A DNA stretch of 39,327 nucleotides from a virus. Lineage: Duplodnaviria; Caudoviricetes. The stretch is taken from positions 1-39,327 of IMG/VR virus record IMGVR_UViG_3300012953_006722; one strand, 5' to 3'. Shown in pieces: positions 8,967-18,424 of the stretch; the first letter of the stretch is position 1; every line of letters starts with the position of its first letter. The notes under the pieces were generated by a model, which did not search any database, was not told the DNA's origin, and saw nothing but the letters and a program-made list of their open reading frames with translations. The translations under genes and the position numbers were made by a program.

Positions 8967-10003
8967 TAAGAACTAATAACGTCCCCTAGATCTGCGTCAA
9001 CCATTTTCTTCACCAGTTGTAAAAAATTAGATTTAGGCTCCCAGCCCAATTCCTCGCGGGCCTTAGTTGAATCTCCCAGTAACAAATCTACTTCTGCGGG
9101 GCGATAAAAATCTTTATTAATTTCAACAATGCAATCATCTCCGTGGAAATATTTTTCCTCCAAGTCCTCACCTTGCCAACTGCATTGACTTCGGTGAAAT
9201 CCTGCGAAATTAAAGGCTTCTTCCACAAACTCCCTGATTGTGTGAGTCTCGCCAGAAGAAAGCACGTAGTCTTGAGGTGTATCCTGATTGAGCATTTTCC
9301 ATACGCCATCCACGAAATCCTCTGCATCGCTCCAGTCCCTCTTAGAATCCAGATTGCCTAATTGTAATGGGATTATATCACTACCTGACTGAACAGCGCT
9401 AAAAATACGCGCTACATTTTTTGTGATTTTGCGAGTTACAAATTCGTCGCCCCGCCTAATGCCCTCATGATTAAAAAGCCAGCCTTGAACCGCATAAAGG
9501 TCATAAGAGTCACGATAAACCTTAACTAGATGCCTAGCTGCACATTTAGAGGCCCCATAAGGGCTTCTGGGGCGTAGCGGATGCTCTTCGCTCTGTGGGA
9601 CAGTAACAACATCTCCAAATTCCTCAGAGCTTCCTGCGTTGTAATAACGACACTTGGGATTATGGCGCCTAATAGCCTCCAATTGATGTAAAACCGCCAT
9701 GCAATTCGTTTGCATGTGATTATGTGGCATGTCCCAACTGCAACCCACAAAAGAATTAGATGCAAAATTAATAAAATAGTCAGGCTTTTCTTCTTGGATT
9801 ACACGATCTATATTTTGAGTATCTGTAACATCTAAATCAATTAAAAAAAATCTTGGATTGCAGAGTAGGTGAGATATATTTTTATGATTCTTAACGCTTA
9901 AACGTCTGACACCACAAATAATTGTATGCTCAGTATTCTTCAAAAGGTAATCCGCCATATGACTACCATCTTGACCTGTTACTCCTGTAATTAATATTTT
10001 CAT
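8966..10003 (-). CDS. gmd: GDP-mannose 4,6-dehydratase (copy 1)
   Basis: ITGVTGQDGSH, SSEEFG, PRSPYGASK, LFNHE, FVTRKIT, LGNLDSKRDW, RPAEVDLLLGD. Confidence 0.95.
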   Translation of the reverse strand: MKILITGVTGQDGSHMADYLLKNTEHTIICGVRRLSVKNHKNISHLLCNPRFFLIDLDVTDTQNIDRVIQEEKPDYFINFASNSFVGCSWDMPHNHMQTNCMAVLHQLEAIRRHNPKCRYYNAGSSEEFGDVVTVPQSEEHPLRPRSPYGASKCAARHLVKVYRDSYDLYAVQGWLFNHEGIRRGDEFVTRKITKNVARIFSAVQSGSDIIPLQLGNLDSKRDWSDAEDFVDGVWKMLNQDTPQDYVLSSGETHTIREFVEEAFNFAGFHRSQCSWQGEDLEEKYFHGDDCIVEINKDFYRPAEVDLLLGDSTKAREELGWEPKSNFLQLVKKMVDADLGDVISS

Positions 10004-10004
10004 A

Positions 10005-10685
10005 TTATTCCACCAAATTTAATTTCATGGGTAAAATCTTTTGAAGATGTTCAGGAGTTTCTATTCCAACTACATTGGGATTAGTTTTTTTAGCTAACTC
10101 ATAAACACTTTGGTATTTTCCCACTATATGTTTAATTCCTGTTTCGCCACCAGTAATGCATTGAGCAATATCTTTTGCAACTTTATCAACATATTGTCTA
10201 ACAGTATATTGATCTTTAAAAGCGCTAGGATACATAAACTTGTCAGTTCTTATAAATGGGGCTCTAATTATTAAGTAATTTTTAAGTGTTTTAACTATAA
10301 ACTCGCTAGAAGCTTTACATAGTCCATAGATATTTTTGGGAGAAACTGGCGATGAAGGTCTGTATTCTAAAGATTCACCATCAAATACATATTCAGAAGA
10401 AATATATACCAACTTTATATTTTTAGACCTACATATTTTAACCAAATTATAAGTAGTCATAACATTATTTTCTAAACACTTATTAGGGTCATCTTCACAT
10501 CCCTCAGTATCTACATACCCCGCTGAATGCACTATAGTATTGGCATCAGAAAATATAGGATTCTTCTCCAAATCACAATATTTACTAAGATCTATTTCGT
10601 TATGTCGGGGCGAAATGCATTTTAAATTTTTTAAAATATTAGAACCCAAATGCCCACTACCGCCAAAAAGAATTATATTATCCAT
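10005..10685 (-). CDS. NDP-sugar 4-ketoreductase, RmlD-like SDR (short)
   Basis: GGSGHLG, AGYVDTEGCE, YISSEYVFDG, PKNIYGLCK (YxxxK). Confidence 0.85.
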   Translation of the reverse strand: MDNIILFGGSGHLGSNILKNLKCISPRHNEIDLSKYCDLEKNPIFSDANTIVHSAGYVDTEGCEDDPNKCLENNVMTTYNLVKICRSKNIKLVYISSEYVFDGESLEYRPSSPVSPKNIYGLCKASSEFIVKTLKNYLIIRAPFIRTDKFMYPSAFKDQYTVRQYVDKVAKDIAQCITGGETGIKHIVGKYQSVYELAKKTNPNVVGIETPEHLQKILPMKLNLVE

Positions 10686-11484
10686 ACAGAGAATTAGTCA
10701 AATCATCATAAACATAGGGGCTATCTGCTATTACTCTATAGCCGCTCATAGTATCTTCATCTTTAATCAACTTAGACATTAAAGTATTGTGGTAATCTTC
10801 ATCTGACCCTTTAGTCTCAGAAGGCCCTTGATTCTTGTTGTTTTTTTTATTATGACCATTCCATTGAACTTTCATAAAAGTAGGGGGACCATCTGACGCA
10901 GGCTTTTTTACGCCTATTGAGCCCATAAAAACACCGTCTTCCCAACCTGAGTGACACTGTGTCTGCGGTATCCATTTTTTACCTATATTTTTAATGTGAG
11001 ACATGGCGCCAACATCATCCCATGGAGCATTATCTAAATTATACTTTTTAAGATCTTCTAGACTATTGCTACAAATAAATTTAACATTATTATTTGGTTC
11101 CCGTAAATCTGCTTGATTATATCTAGATTGGTAGCATTTAGCGTTAGGATTGTTTTGATAGAAGTTATAGTGTTCTTCCAGATGATTGTTATATATAACA
11201 TCATCATCAAGTAGGTAGCAGACAATATCAGCTTGCGCTAGTTTTATTCCTAAATTAAAAGGAATCGCTCCCAAATTATAAACATAGGGATCAGGCACTT
11301 CTACGAATTTGATTCTCTCATCATCGGAAAAGTCATTATAAACTAAACTCGCAAAAGGACAATGATCCGATATTACTAAGTGCTCATAGTCTTGCAGGGT
11401 TGATTTTTTTACAGATAATATGGCTCTTCTCAATAAGTCTGGCCTGTAATAAGTGCATGTAATTATGGTTATTTTCGGCTTCAT
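10678..11484 (-). CDS. Glycosyltransferase family 2
   Basis: ITIITCTYYRPDLLRRAILSV, NLGIKLA, YLLDDD. Confidence 0.85.
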   Translation of the reverse strand: MKPKITIITCTYYRPDLLRRAILSVKKSTLQDYEHLVISDHCPFASLVYNDFSDDERIKFVEVPDPYVYNLGAIPFNLGIKLAQADIVCYLLDDDVIYNNHLEEHYNFYQNNPNAKCYQSRYNQADLREPNNNVKFICSNSLEDLKKYNLDNAPWDDVGAMSHIKNIGKKWIPQTQCHSGWEDGVFMGSIGVKKPASDGPPTFMKVQWNGHNKKNNKNQGPSETKGSDEDYHNTLMSKLIKDEDTMSGYRVIADSPYVYDDLTNSLYG

Positions 11485-11485
11485 G

Positions 11486-11695
11486 TTATTGTTCCCTGAA
11501 TATTTCTATACATAAAACATTAGTATCATTAATCATGATCATCGTTCCATCTTTGCACTTCATTTTTGTAAACTGCCCCTGCTTAATTGATTCAGATAAT
11601 ATGCCGTGATATGTTCTCTTAACGCCATTTACGAAATGAATTATTTGTGTGACAGTCTCACCCTGTTCATTGACGGTAGATTTTAAATTTTTCAT
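11486..11695 (-). CDS. Hypothetical protein (69 aa)
   Basis: ATG start overlapping the fcl stop; fills the gap in the operon. Confidence 0.7.
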   Translation of the reverse strand: MKNLKSTVNEQGETVTQIIHFVNGVKRTYHGILSESIKQGQFTKMKCKDGTMIMINDTNVLCIEIFREQ

Positions 11696-12618
11696 AAATT
11701 AACATACCAATTATATGTTCTTCTTAGTCCTTCTTCTAGGGAGGTTTGGGCTTTGAAGCCAAATCGTTTTTCAGCCTTTGAAGTATCTAGGCATCTTCGA
11801 GGTTGTCCGTTTGGTTTGGTGGTATCAAAAATAATTTCTCCGTCGAAACCTGTAATACCCTGAATTAAGTGAACAAGATTCTTAATGGAAATTTCTTGAC
11901 CCGTTCCGATATTTACTGGATCAGTTGAGTCGTATTTTTCCATTGCTAACTGGATTGCAAGAGCGCAATCACCAGCATATAAAAACTCGCGAGAAGCAGA
12001 GCCGTCACCCCAAACTTCTATAGAGCTATCGCCACGTTTTTTTGCTTGTGTAAATTTTTTCAATAACGCTGGAATGACATGAGATGTTTCCAGATTAAAG
12101 TCATCATACTCCCCATACATATTCACGGGAATTAAATGAATGAAATTGCTGTTATATTGCTGCCCGAACGCCTGACAACCAACTAAAAGATTCTTTTTTG
12201 CTATACCGTATGGGGCATTCGTTTGTTCAGGGTAGCCATTCCAAATATCTTCCTCCTTGAATGGAACAGTAGTGAATTTGGGATAGGAACATACACTACC
12301 GAGGGTAACCAGTTTCTCGATGTTAAAACGATGTGCGGTTTTTAATATATTTAAATTGATTAAAGAATTTTGCAAAAAGAAATCTGCTGGGGATTTTTGG
12401 TTAGCGCCTATGCCTCCACATACTGCGGCGAGATGAATAATAGCATCAGGTAAAGAGGAGGAATTGGACTGTCTATGGAGGTAATCGTTTAAATCTTTTT
12501 CGTTTAATAAATTCAACTCTGAACTACTCGGAGTGAGTAACTCGTAATTAGTCTGTAGGCTCTTAACTAGGTGGCGACCCAGAAAGCCTTTAGACCCTGT
12601 TATCAAAACTCTTTTCAT
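11692..12618 (-). CDS. fcl: GDP-L-fucose synthase (epimerase/reductase)
   Basis: LITGSKGFLG, HLAAVCGGIGAN, GSVCSYPK, YGIAK, SHVIPALL, WGDGSASREFLY; likely start ATG 12618 (MKRVLITG). Confidence 0.93.
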   Translation of the reverse strand: MKRVLITGSKGFLGRHLVKSLQTNYELLTPSSSELNLLNEKDLNDYLHRQSNSSSLPDAIIHLAAVCGGIGANQKSPADFFLQNSLINLNILKTAHRFNIEKLVTLGSVCSYPKFTTVPFKEEDIWNGYPEQTNAPYGIAKKNLLVGCQAFGQQYNSNFIHLIPVNMYGEYDDFNLETSHVIPALLKKFTQAKKRGDSSIEVWGDGSASREFLYAGDCALAIQLAMEKYDSTDPVNIGTGQEISIKNLVHLIQGITGFDGEIIFDTTKPNGQPRRCLDTSKAEKRFGFKAQTSLEEGLRRTYNWYVNL

Positions 12619-12623
12619 TTTAT

Positions 12624-13436
12624 TTACCAATATTCGTGACCCATCATTTGGGTATTGGGAGGAATTTCTTCGGACAATGTTGTAGTCCACCCTTCTGAAT
12701 TATACCAATCCACAGTAGCGTCGTCATTCCAACCATCCCAGCGGGTTCCCCTAATTCCAAATAAAAGCTGATTCCCGCCGCCTAAATGTATCGATGGCTT
12801 GCCTAACTTCTTAATAAAATCACATATCATTAGTGAATATCCACCACATCCCACGGTAGCCACATCAAAGTCTGCCGCTTTTATTTGTCCGCAGATTTCC
12901 TGTAAAATATCTTTATAGGGTCTCGGCTCTCTCCCAAGTAATGCTGCTGAATATGGCGATTGAATAACTTGAACTTCGCCTATTTCCGCACCCTTCCATA
13001 TTTGAGGATACTTAGGAACTTGCTGCTTTATGGTTTTTGGAAAGGGGGCGACTGTCAATAATTTTTTATCTTTTAAATGATAATGCCAGCCGCCTTGGCC
13101 GTGGCTGAAAGGTTCTAACTCACTAAAAGAAGTAAATTTCTCAATACCATTCCATCCTATAGTCTCAAGAATATATTCATCCCCCTGCCCCGCGCACCAC
13201 TGTAACAAGTAATCTACATTTTTTACTGATTGCAAGTATTGGTCACACCAATCCTTTAAGTCTTCTTTGCTACTAGGGTAGATTCCAGCTTGAACAGGCA
13301 GGCTACAACTGTTTAAAAGACCAACCTCACCATGCATTAAATAATGTCGTAAATGTTGAGCTTCAACACCTCCAATTTTTCCAAAAATTAAAGGTTTTGA
13401 ATTTCTTATGGCGTCGATTATCTTAAGATTTATCAT
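12624..13436 (-). CDS. Putative glycosyltransferase, GT-D/DUF1792-like
   Basis: DFDVATVGCGGYSL..GKPSIHLGG..QLLFGIRGTRW pattern typical of polysaccharide-locus proteins. Confidence 0.55.
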   Translation of the reverse strand: MINLKIIDAIRNSKPLIFGKIGGVEAQHLRHYLMHGEVGLLNSCSLPVQAGIYPSSKEDLKDWCDQYLQSVKNVDYLLQWCAGQGDEYILETIGWNGIEKFTSFSELEPFSHGQGGWHYHLKDKKLLTVAPFPKTIKQQVPKYPQIWKGAEIGEVQVIQSPYSAALLGREPRPYKDILQEICGQIKAADFDVATVGCGGYSLMICDFIKKLGKPSIHLGGGNQLLFGIRGTRWDGWNDDATVDWYNSEGWTTTLSEEIPPNTQMMGHEYW

Positions 13437-13440
13437 GTAA

Positions 13441-14265
13441 TTACTTATAATCTACTTGAATTTTTAACCACTCTTCAGGAAATAAATCCTTTAAATCATT
13501 ATTGCGGTTCGCCCTTAAATGGCCATACCAAAGAGAAGGATATATAATTTTCTTATTTTTATGCCTATTTAAATAGGCTCCCCACCAAGAAAAAGTGGAA
13601 TTAGCTATAATGTTGCAAGCCATTTGGGACATTAGATACAAGTCTGTGACCTCGCAATTACTCTCCACAAAAGTAAAGTCATAAGCGGGTAATGTAAATT
13701 CCTTACGACACCATTGTATATCATCACTGAAAATTACTATAGTTTTATTGGGCTGGGCCTTTAGGGCTGCACTATAGTAAGATTGTCCCAAATTAACAAA
13801 ATTTCCACTAAAATTTTCCACGTAATCGCCCCTCCTCACGTGAAGCGACGTTGAGGTTTTTGAGTTTTCTAAGACGGATGAATATTGTTTTTTTATAGAA
13901 TTTTCCAAGTTATGTGGTAAAGAAAATAATGAAAGGATATCTCCTCTAAACTCATCAAAATATTTATAAGACTGAAAAAATCCGTTAAGTTTTAGGTTTT
14001 TATAAGGCGGTATCTGATGGTGTATGGTGCTAGAGTTAGGTGGCTCATTAAACTGTTTGACAATTTGATCTACTCTAGGAGGGTGCGAGGCAAGCTGGTG
14101 AAATATAGTTGTGGCATACTTTTTAAACGGCTCGCGAATTAACTCGGGAAAGAATGCCTCCACATTGTGCCGAAAAGAATGCGCGAGCGTAGCTGCTACG
14201 CAAAAAAGCTGATTACCCAAGCCATTATTAGCTGGACCTGGACCGAGTATGTTACACGTTACCAT
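13441..14265 (-). CDS. Alpha-1,2-fucosyltransferase-like (GT11)
   Basis: GLGNQLF, GFFQSYKYF, HVRRGDY, FSDDIQWC, IIANSTFSWWGAYL. Confidence 0.93.
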   Translation of the reverse strand: MVTCNILGPGPANNGLGNQLFCVAATLAHSFRHNVEAFFPELIREPFKKYATTIFHQLASHPPRVDQIVKQFNEPPNSSTIHHQIPPYKNLKLNGFFQSYKYFDEFRGDILSLFSLPHNLENSIKKQYSSVLENSKTSTSLHVRRGDYVENFSGNFVNLGQSYYSAALKAQPNKTIVIFSDDIQWCRKEFTLPAYDFTFVESNCEVTDLYLMSQMACNIIANSTFSWWGAYLNRHKNKKIIYPSLWYGHLRANRNNDLKDLFPEEWLKIQVDYK

Positions 14266-15229
14266 ACTTATTTAACCAAAAGTCGGTCATTTCATCAAGC
14301 ATGGATTCAAAAGTATAAGTGGTCTTCCAGCCCAGAGTTTCCCTTATTTTTGACGAATCACCTTTTAGGTAGGGGAGTTCTTCTGGTCTCAAGTATAGCG
14401 GGTTTTGGACAACGTAATCCTCATAGTTAAGGTGCAGCTTTTCAAATATGTGCCTACACATATCTCTAACTGAATGAGTCCGACCTGTAGATACCACCAA
14501 GTCTAAAGGTTCGTCTTGCTGAACAATTAAGTGCATTGCTCTTACATAATCATATGAGTGACCCCAATCTCTAAAAGCATCCATATTGCCCATTTCAAGC
14601 TTATCCTGAAGCCCCAACTTTATTCTTACCGCGCCCTTAACAACCTTATTGGTGACGAAATTAGAACCCCTTCGCGGTGATTCGTGATTAAAAAGAATAC
14701 CGTTAGACGCATGAAGTCCATAAGCCTTTCTATAATTTTTAACTATGTTAAAACCAAATAATTTGGCTGCTCCGTAAGGACTAACGGGCGTCATAGGTGT
14801 GCTTTCTCGCTGAAAGCCATCCTCGTCAACAGAATCTCCAAACATTTCTGAACTGCTGGCTTGATAAAATTTAGCCTCAGGACATATATTTTTATAAGCT
14901 TCTAGTAAATTTAAGACTCCTAACGCATTAGTTTGTGCGGTAAACTGAGGGACATCGAAACTAATCCGAACATGGCTTTGAGCCCCCAAGTTGTAAATTT
15001 CATCAGGCTGAATATCTTTAAGTAGTTTTTGTAACGAAGATACGTCCAAAAGGTCTCCGTAAAAAGTTTTGATTTTGTCGCTCAAATGGGCAACGCGCTC
15101 CTCTTGATTTTCGCACACTGAATTTCTTCTAACCGTGCCGAAAACTTCATAGCCCTCATCCAAAAGGTATTCGGATAGATAGCTGCCGTCTTGACCGTTA
15201 ATTCCTGTTATAAATGCTTTCTTCTTCAT
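14252..15229 (-). CDS. gmd: GDP-mannose 4,6-dehydratase (copy 2)
   Basis: ITGINGQDGSYL, YNLGAQSHV, FYQASSSEMFG, SPYGAAK, GILFNHESPRRG; likely start ATG 15229. Confidence 0.96.
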   Translation of the reverse strand: MKKKAFITGINGQDGSYLSEYLLDEGYEVFGTVRRNSVCENQEERVAHLSDKIKTFYGDLLDVSSLQKLLKDIQPDEIYNLGAQSHVRISFDVPQFTAQTNALGVLNLLEAYKNICPEAKFYQASSSEMFGDSVDEDGFQRESTPMTPVSPYGAAKLFGFNIVKNYRKAYGLHASNGILFNHESPRRGSNFVTNKVVKGAVRIKLGLQDKLEMGNMDAFRDWGHSYDYVRAMHLIVQQDEPLDLVVSTGRTHSVRDMCRHIFEKLHLNYEDYVVQNPLYLRPEELPYLKGDSSKIRETLGWKTTYTFESMLDEMTDFWLNKYGNV

Positions 15230-15912
15230 TAGACTTGATACCCCCAACTTTTTAAATAAGGTTCCAGAGTTTCATTTACCATCTTGTGATATTCAGGCGG
15301 AACCAACTCCCTCCAAGACCCAAATCCTCCCTTATACAAGTGGTGACCATGCAAATGGGTCTCTTCATCGTATTCGTGGAAGTCTTCAAATTTTTTAGCT
15401 TTTTTCTTTTGATTGGAAAAGCAATACTCTGAGCGTATGTGGTTTTTTTGTTCGTCGGAAATTTCAATATCAAAAAAACTTTGTAATTTTTCAAAAAGGT
15501 AATCAAACTTTAAATCTCTAGCTTCATTATCAAAAAAATCTTCATACTTTAAAAATAAGACTTGGCGCCCCCGTTCATGATCAGACTTGTATTTATTAAG
15601 CTCATTAATAGTATGCAACTGCTGCGTGACATGTTGAGTTAACATATCGTGCGGTATTAGTTCTTTTTTATCGTCTTCGTCAAAACCGCCATAATATGCC
15701 CGCCATTGAGATATACAGCTATCCCTAAAATCTCTATAAGTCGCCACCGTCTTTAGAGTGCCATCCTCATTATCTTCAAAATAAGAGTGTCGCTGGGGAG
15801 CAACAGAGCCATTAAATAAATAATTAACTATGTTGAATATCACTGTGCTGCCACTACGAGGCACACCAAAAACCTTTGGAGTATTACTTCGCTCTGTTTG
15901 ACTATCGTTCAT
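15229..15912 (-). CDS. PAPS-dependent sulfotransferase-like protein
   Basis: 5'-PSB GVPRSGST, 3'-PB YRDFRDSCIS, LKYEDF, KGGFGSW. Confidence 0.8.
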   Translation of the reverse strand: MNDSQTERSNTPKVFGVPRSGSTVIFNIVNYLFNGSVAPQRHSYFEDNEDGTLKTVATYRDFRDSCISQWRAYYGGFDEDDKKELIPHDMLTQHVTQQLHTINELNKYKSDHERGRQVLFLKYEDFFDNEARDLKFDYLFEKLQSFFDIEISDEQKNHIRSEYCFSNQKKKAKKFEDFHEYDEETHLHGHHLYKGGFGSWRELVPPEYHKMVNETLEPYLKSWGYQV

Positions 15913-16499
15913 TTGAAAACTTCCATCTCAGTTAAATCTGGCCAATCGTTTACTGACCACTTTCTAGGCTTATTATAGGATGCCTCTGGCAGTTTTTCAA
16001 GACCTAATTGGGCCGTTTCTGGAGTCATATAGTAATGGTAACCGACCGTCGTAATGTTTTGTTCCCTCCAAGGCTTATCGGGTAATCTTCCGTCATAGGA
16101 CATTTTCTTTAGATCCTCTGCGGCACTTTTATCATCTGTTAAAATCATTCCGCCTCGACCCAAGCTAAGATGTTTTTGAAATTGAAAACTTAAACACATG
16201 AAGGTATTTGGAATGTAACTATGCTCTTTCCAAAGAACGGCAGCGTCTATGATATTAGTACCTCCTAAATAATAATAGTCCTGCCAGTTTTCACTCTTCC
16301 ATTTCAAGGGCAACTGTAATTTAGAGGCTAAGAAAGGAATAGAAATATAAGTACGATTTGGAACCTCAAGAAATGTTGGCAAATTACGCCTAAGACAAAT
16401 TTCAATACCATGCGTACATGAGTCCACTGCAACAGCATATGGAGAACCAAAAAATTTTGCTATTTCTATTTCAAACTCTTTAACAGTTTCAAAACTCAT
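15909..16499 (-). CDS. DegT/DnrJ/EryC1/StrS-family PLP aminotransferase, shortened (196 aa)
   Basis: FEIEIAKFFG..YAVAVDSCTHG, IIDAA, SFQFQKHL (PLP Lys), GGMILTDD, GYHYYM. Confidence 0.85.
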   Translation of the reverse strand: MSFETVKEFEIEIAKFFGSPYAVAVDSCTHGIEICLRRNLPTFLEVPNRTYISIPFLASKLQLPLKWKSENWQDYYYLGGTNIIDAAVLWKEHSYIPNTFMCLSFQFQKHLSLGRGGMILTDDKSAAEDLKKMSYDGRLPDKPWREQNITTVGYHYYMTPETAQLGLEKLPEASYNKPRKWSVNDWPDLTEMEVFK

Positions 16500-17380
16500 C
16501 TTTGTTCTTGAAGCTTATATTTCAAATTAGGTTCAATGTATTTTAAAAAAGAATAACTAACTGTATCAATATGATTTTTTGCTCTTTCAAAGTTTTCTTG
16601 AACAAATGGCAACATTTTTTGATATTTATCGAAGGATAAATCCTGCAATACGTGCATTACATCCTCTATGCTCTCTACAGTAATTATGCCGTTTGAATTA
16701 AAATACTTTCCGATCTCTCGCGCCCCAAAATAAATTGGCACAGTTCCAACCATGAAGCAATCCATGATTTTTTCAGAAAAATAATTATCTTGTATCCAGT
16801 TTTCAATGGTAATTGAGAAAGCGTAATCTTTTAAGATGTTTGACTTCCCGTCATAATTATTGTCATGATCCTCTGGAAATGGGTTGTGACCCCTACCAAA
16901 TAGCCCTATTTCTGTTTTATTTTCAGAAAGGATTCTCAGCAGTTCTACTCGCATTTTTTGTTCTTGCGTTTCATTCTTATTCGATACGACATAAGAACAT
17001 AATTTGCTTTTCTTGTAAACTTGCTGTTTTTCCTGTGGCCAAACCCAAGTTCCTCCTTCTGGAGTAGGGCAGATCTTATCAGGACATTTTAATGCTAATT
17101 CATCATCATATGAAACAATGTAATCAAACTTGTCTCTATTATTCTCCACAAAACCATACCTATCCTGAACGTCGAAGGGGCGACATTCTGTAAGTAGCGC
17201 GACCTTTATACGTGACTCCACCTCATCAACTTGGTAAATTCCATCTCGAATAAAATACGTAATATTATTATCTTTTGGTTTATCGTAAACAACCTCAAAA
17301 GGTCTTGAGAGATCCAGCCCTCTACACCATGGCCTTTCAGAATACCAAGCGTCATACCCCACTATATTGATAGTCGTCAT
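16496..17380 (-). CDS. Alpha-1,3/4-fucosyltransferase-like (GT10)
   Basis: VVSNK, YAFSITIENWIQDNYFSEKIMDCFMVGTVPIYFG (alpha-1,3-FucT motif). Confidence 0.88.
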   Translation of the reverse strand: MTTINIVGYDAWYSERPWCRGLDLSRPFEVVYDKPKDNNITYFIRDGIYQVDEVESRIKVALLTECRPFDVQDRYGFVENNRDKFDYIVSYDDELALKCPDKICPTPEGGTWVWPQEKQQVYKKSKLCSYVVSNKNETQEQKMRVELLRILSENKTEIGLFGRGHNPFPEDHDNNYDGKSNILKDYAFSITIENWIQDNYFSEKIMDCFMVGTVPIYFGAREIGKYFNSNGIITVESIEDVMHVLQDLSFDKYQKMLPFVQENFERAKNHIDTVSYSFLKYIEPNLKYKLQEQR

Positions 17381-17421
17381 TTATTTTTAATAACTTAAAA
17401 ACTGAAAAATATAAAATCAGT

Positions 17422-17982
17422 CTACTCTTTGGTGGCCTCAAGGTTTAAGCTTATCAAGGTTCCAGTTTCTTTGGCTAAATGTGGTAAATAAGCCTGAGAG
17501 TGATCATCAAAATTTCCGTGATCGACCTTACGCCAATCCCATTCCCTCACATCATGGAAACCGTTCTCGCATAAAACATTGCGTAGGCTTTGGTAATCAA
17601 AAACGGTTTTGTGGTAAATAATTTGATCACCCATTGGCATTTTGCCGAAAAGAGGCCCCAGAAAGCTCTGTAATGGATCACCATCTGCGTAAAGCTTGCA
17701 AATAGCTTGAAAATTTGGAACAGCGAGCCTCAGTGTGCCACCCTTGTTTAATACTCTGTGCCACTCTTTTAAAAGAATCTTTAATTCTTCGCGATCAAAA
17801 TATTCTATTACATGAGAGGCGTAAATGAGCTTGGCGCTTTCATTATTAAGAGGTAATTTAACAATGTCATGAGAGTGTAAGTGGCCGTAATCTCCACCAT
17901 CTATATGAAGCCAATCCTCTCCAAAATTACGCTTTCCGCATCCCAAGTTTAATTTTAAGTTGTTATGTATATTTTTACTCAT
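17422..17982 (-). CDS. Class I SAM-dependent methyltransferase
   Basis: LNLGCG, IYASHVIEY, EWHRVLNKGGTLRLAVP. Confidence 0.88.
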   Translation of the reverse strand: MSKNIHNNLKLNLGCGKRNFGEDWLHIDGGDYGHLHSHDIVKLPLNNESAKLIYASHVIEYFDREELKILLKEWHRVLNKGGTLRLAVPNFQAICKLYADGDPLQSFLGPLFGKMPMGDQIIYHKTVFDYQSLRNVLCENGFHDVREWDWRKVDHGNFDDHSQAYLPHLAKETGTLISLNLEATKE

Positions 17983-18409
17983 CTAAAAACCTTTTGTCCA
18001 TTTCTACGCCTTGGTAGGGGCCAGTTTTATATTCATAAACTAGAGTATTGTCTTCTTGCGATTCATAATTATGACCACCTTCACAAGTAATCGAACAGTC
18101 TCCCTGCTTGAGAATCTCGGTAGCTAACAGTTTGTCATCAAGATCGTAAAAAAACACCTTCACGCTTCCACGCAACACCACCCATGACTCCTGCGCTATA
18201 ACCGTTTTTTCGCCGTTTTTGTAAATATGTTTGTGAGCCTTAAAGGTTTTACCTTTATCCATTTTAAGCGCAGCCATTTGAAGGAACTTGTCTGTCGGAA
18301 CGACATTACATCTTGCAAGGCCATCAGCAGTTGTCAGGCTGTCGATATCTTCAATTTTATAAACTATATGAAGTAGTTTATCTGGATCTATTTTAGAATA
18401 CAATTCCAT
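17975..18409 (-). CDS. Cupin-fold protein (sugar isomerase/WbuC-like)
   Basis: AHKH..QESWVVLRG ... GGHNY..VYEYKTGPY. Confidence 0.75.
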   Translation of the reverse strand: MELYSKIDPDKLLHIVYKIEDIDSLTTADGLARCNVVPTDKFLQMAALKMDKGKTFKAHKHIYKNGEKTVIAQESWVVLRGSVKVFFYDLDDKLLATEILKQGDCSITCEGGHNYESQEDNTLVYEYKTGPYQGVEMDKRFLDE

Positions 18410-18424
18410 GATTTCTTAATTTAT

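Noticed and set aside
15909-16499. ColD (colitose pathway 3-dehydratase)
   Set aside because: ColD has His at the PLP-lysine position; this protein keeps Lys (SFQFQKH)
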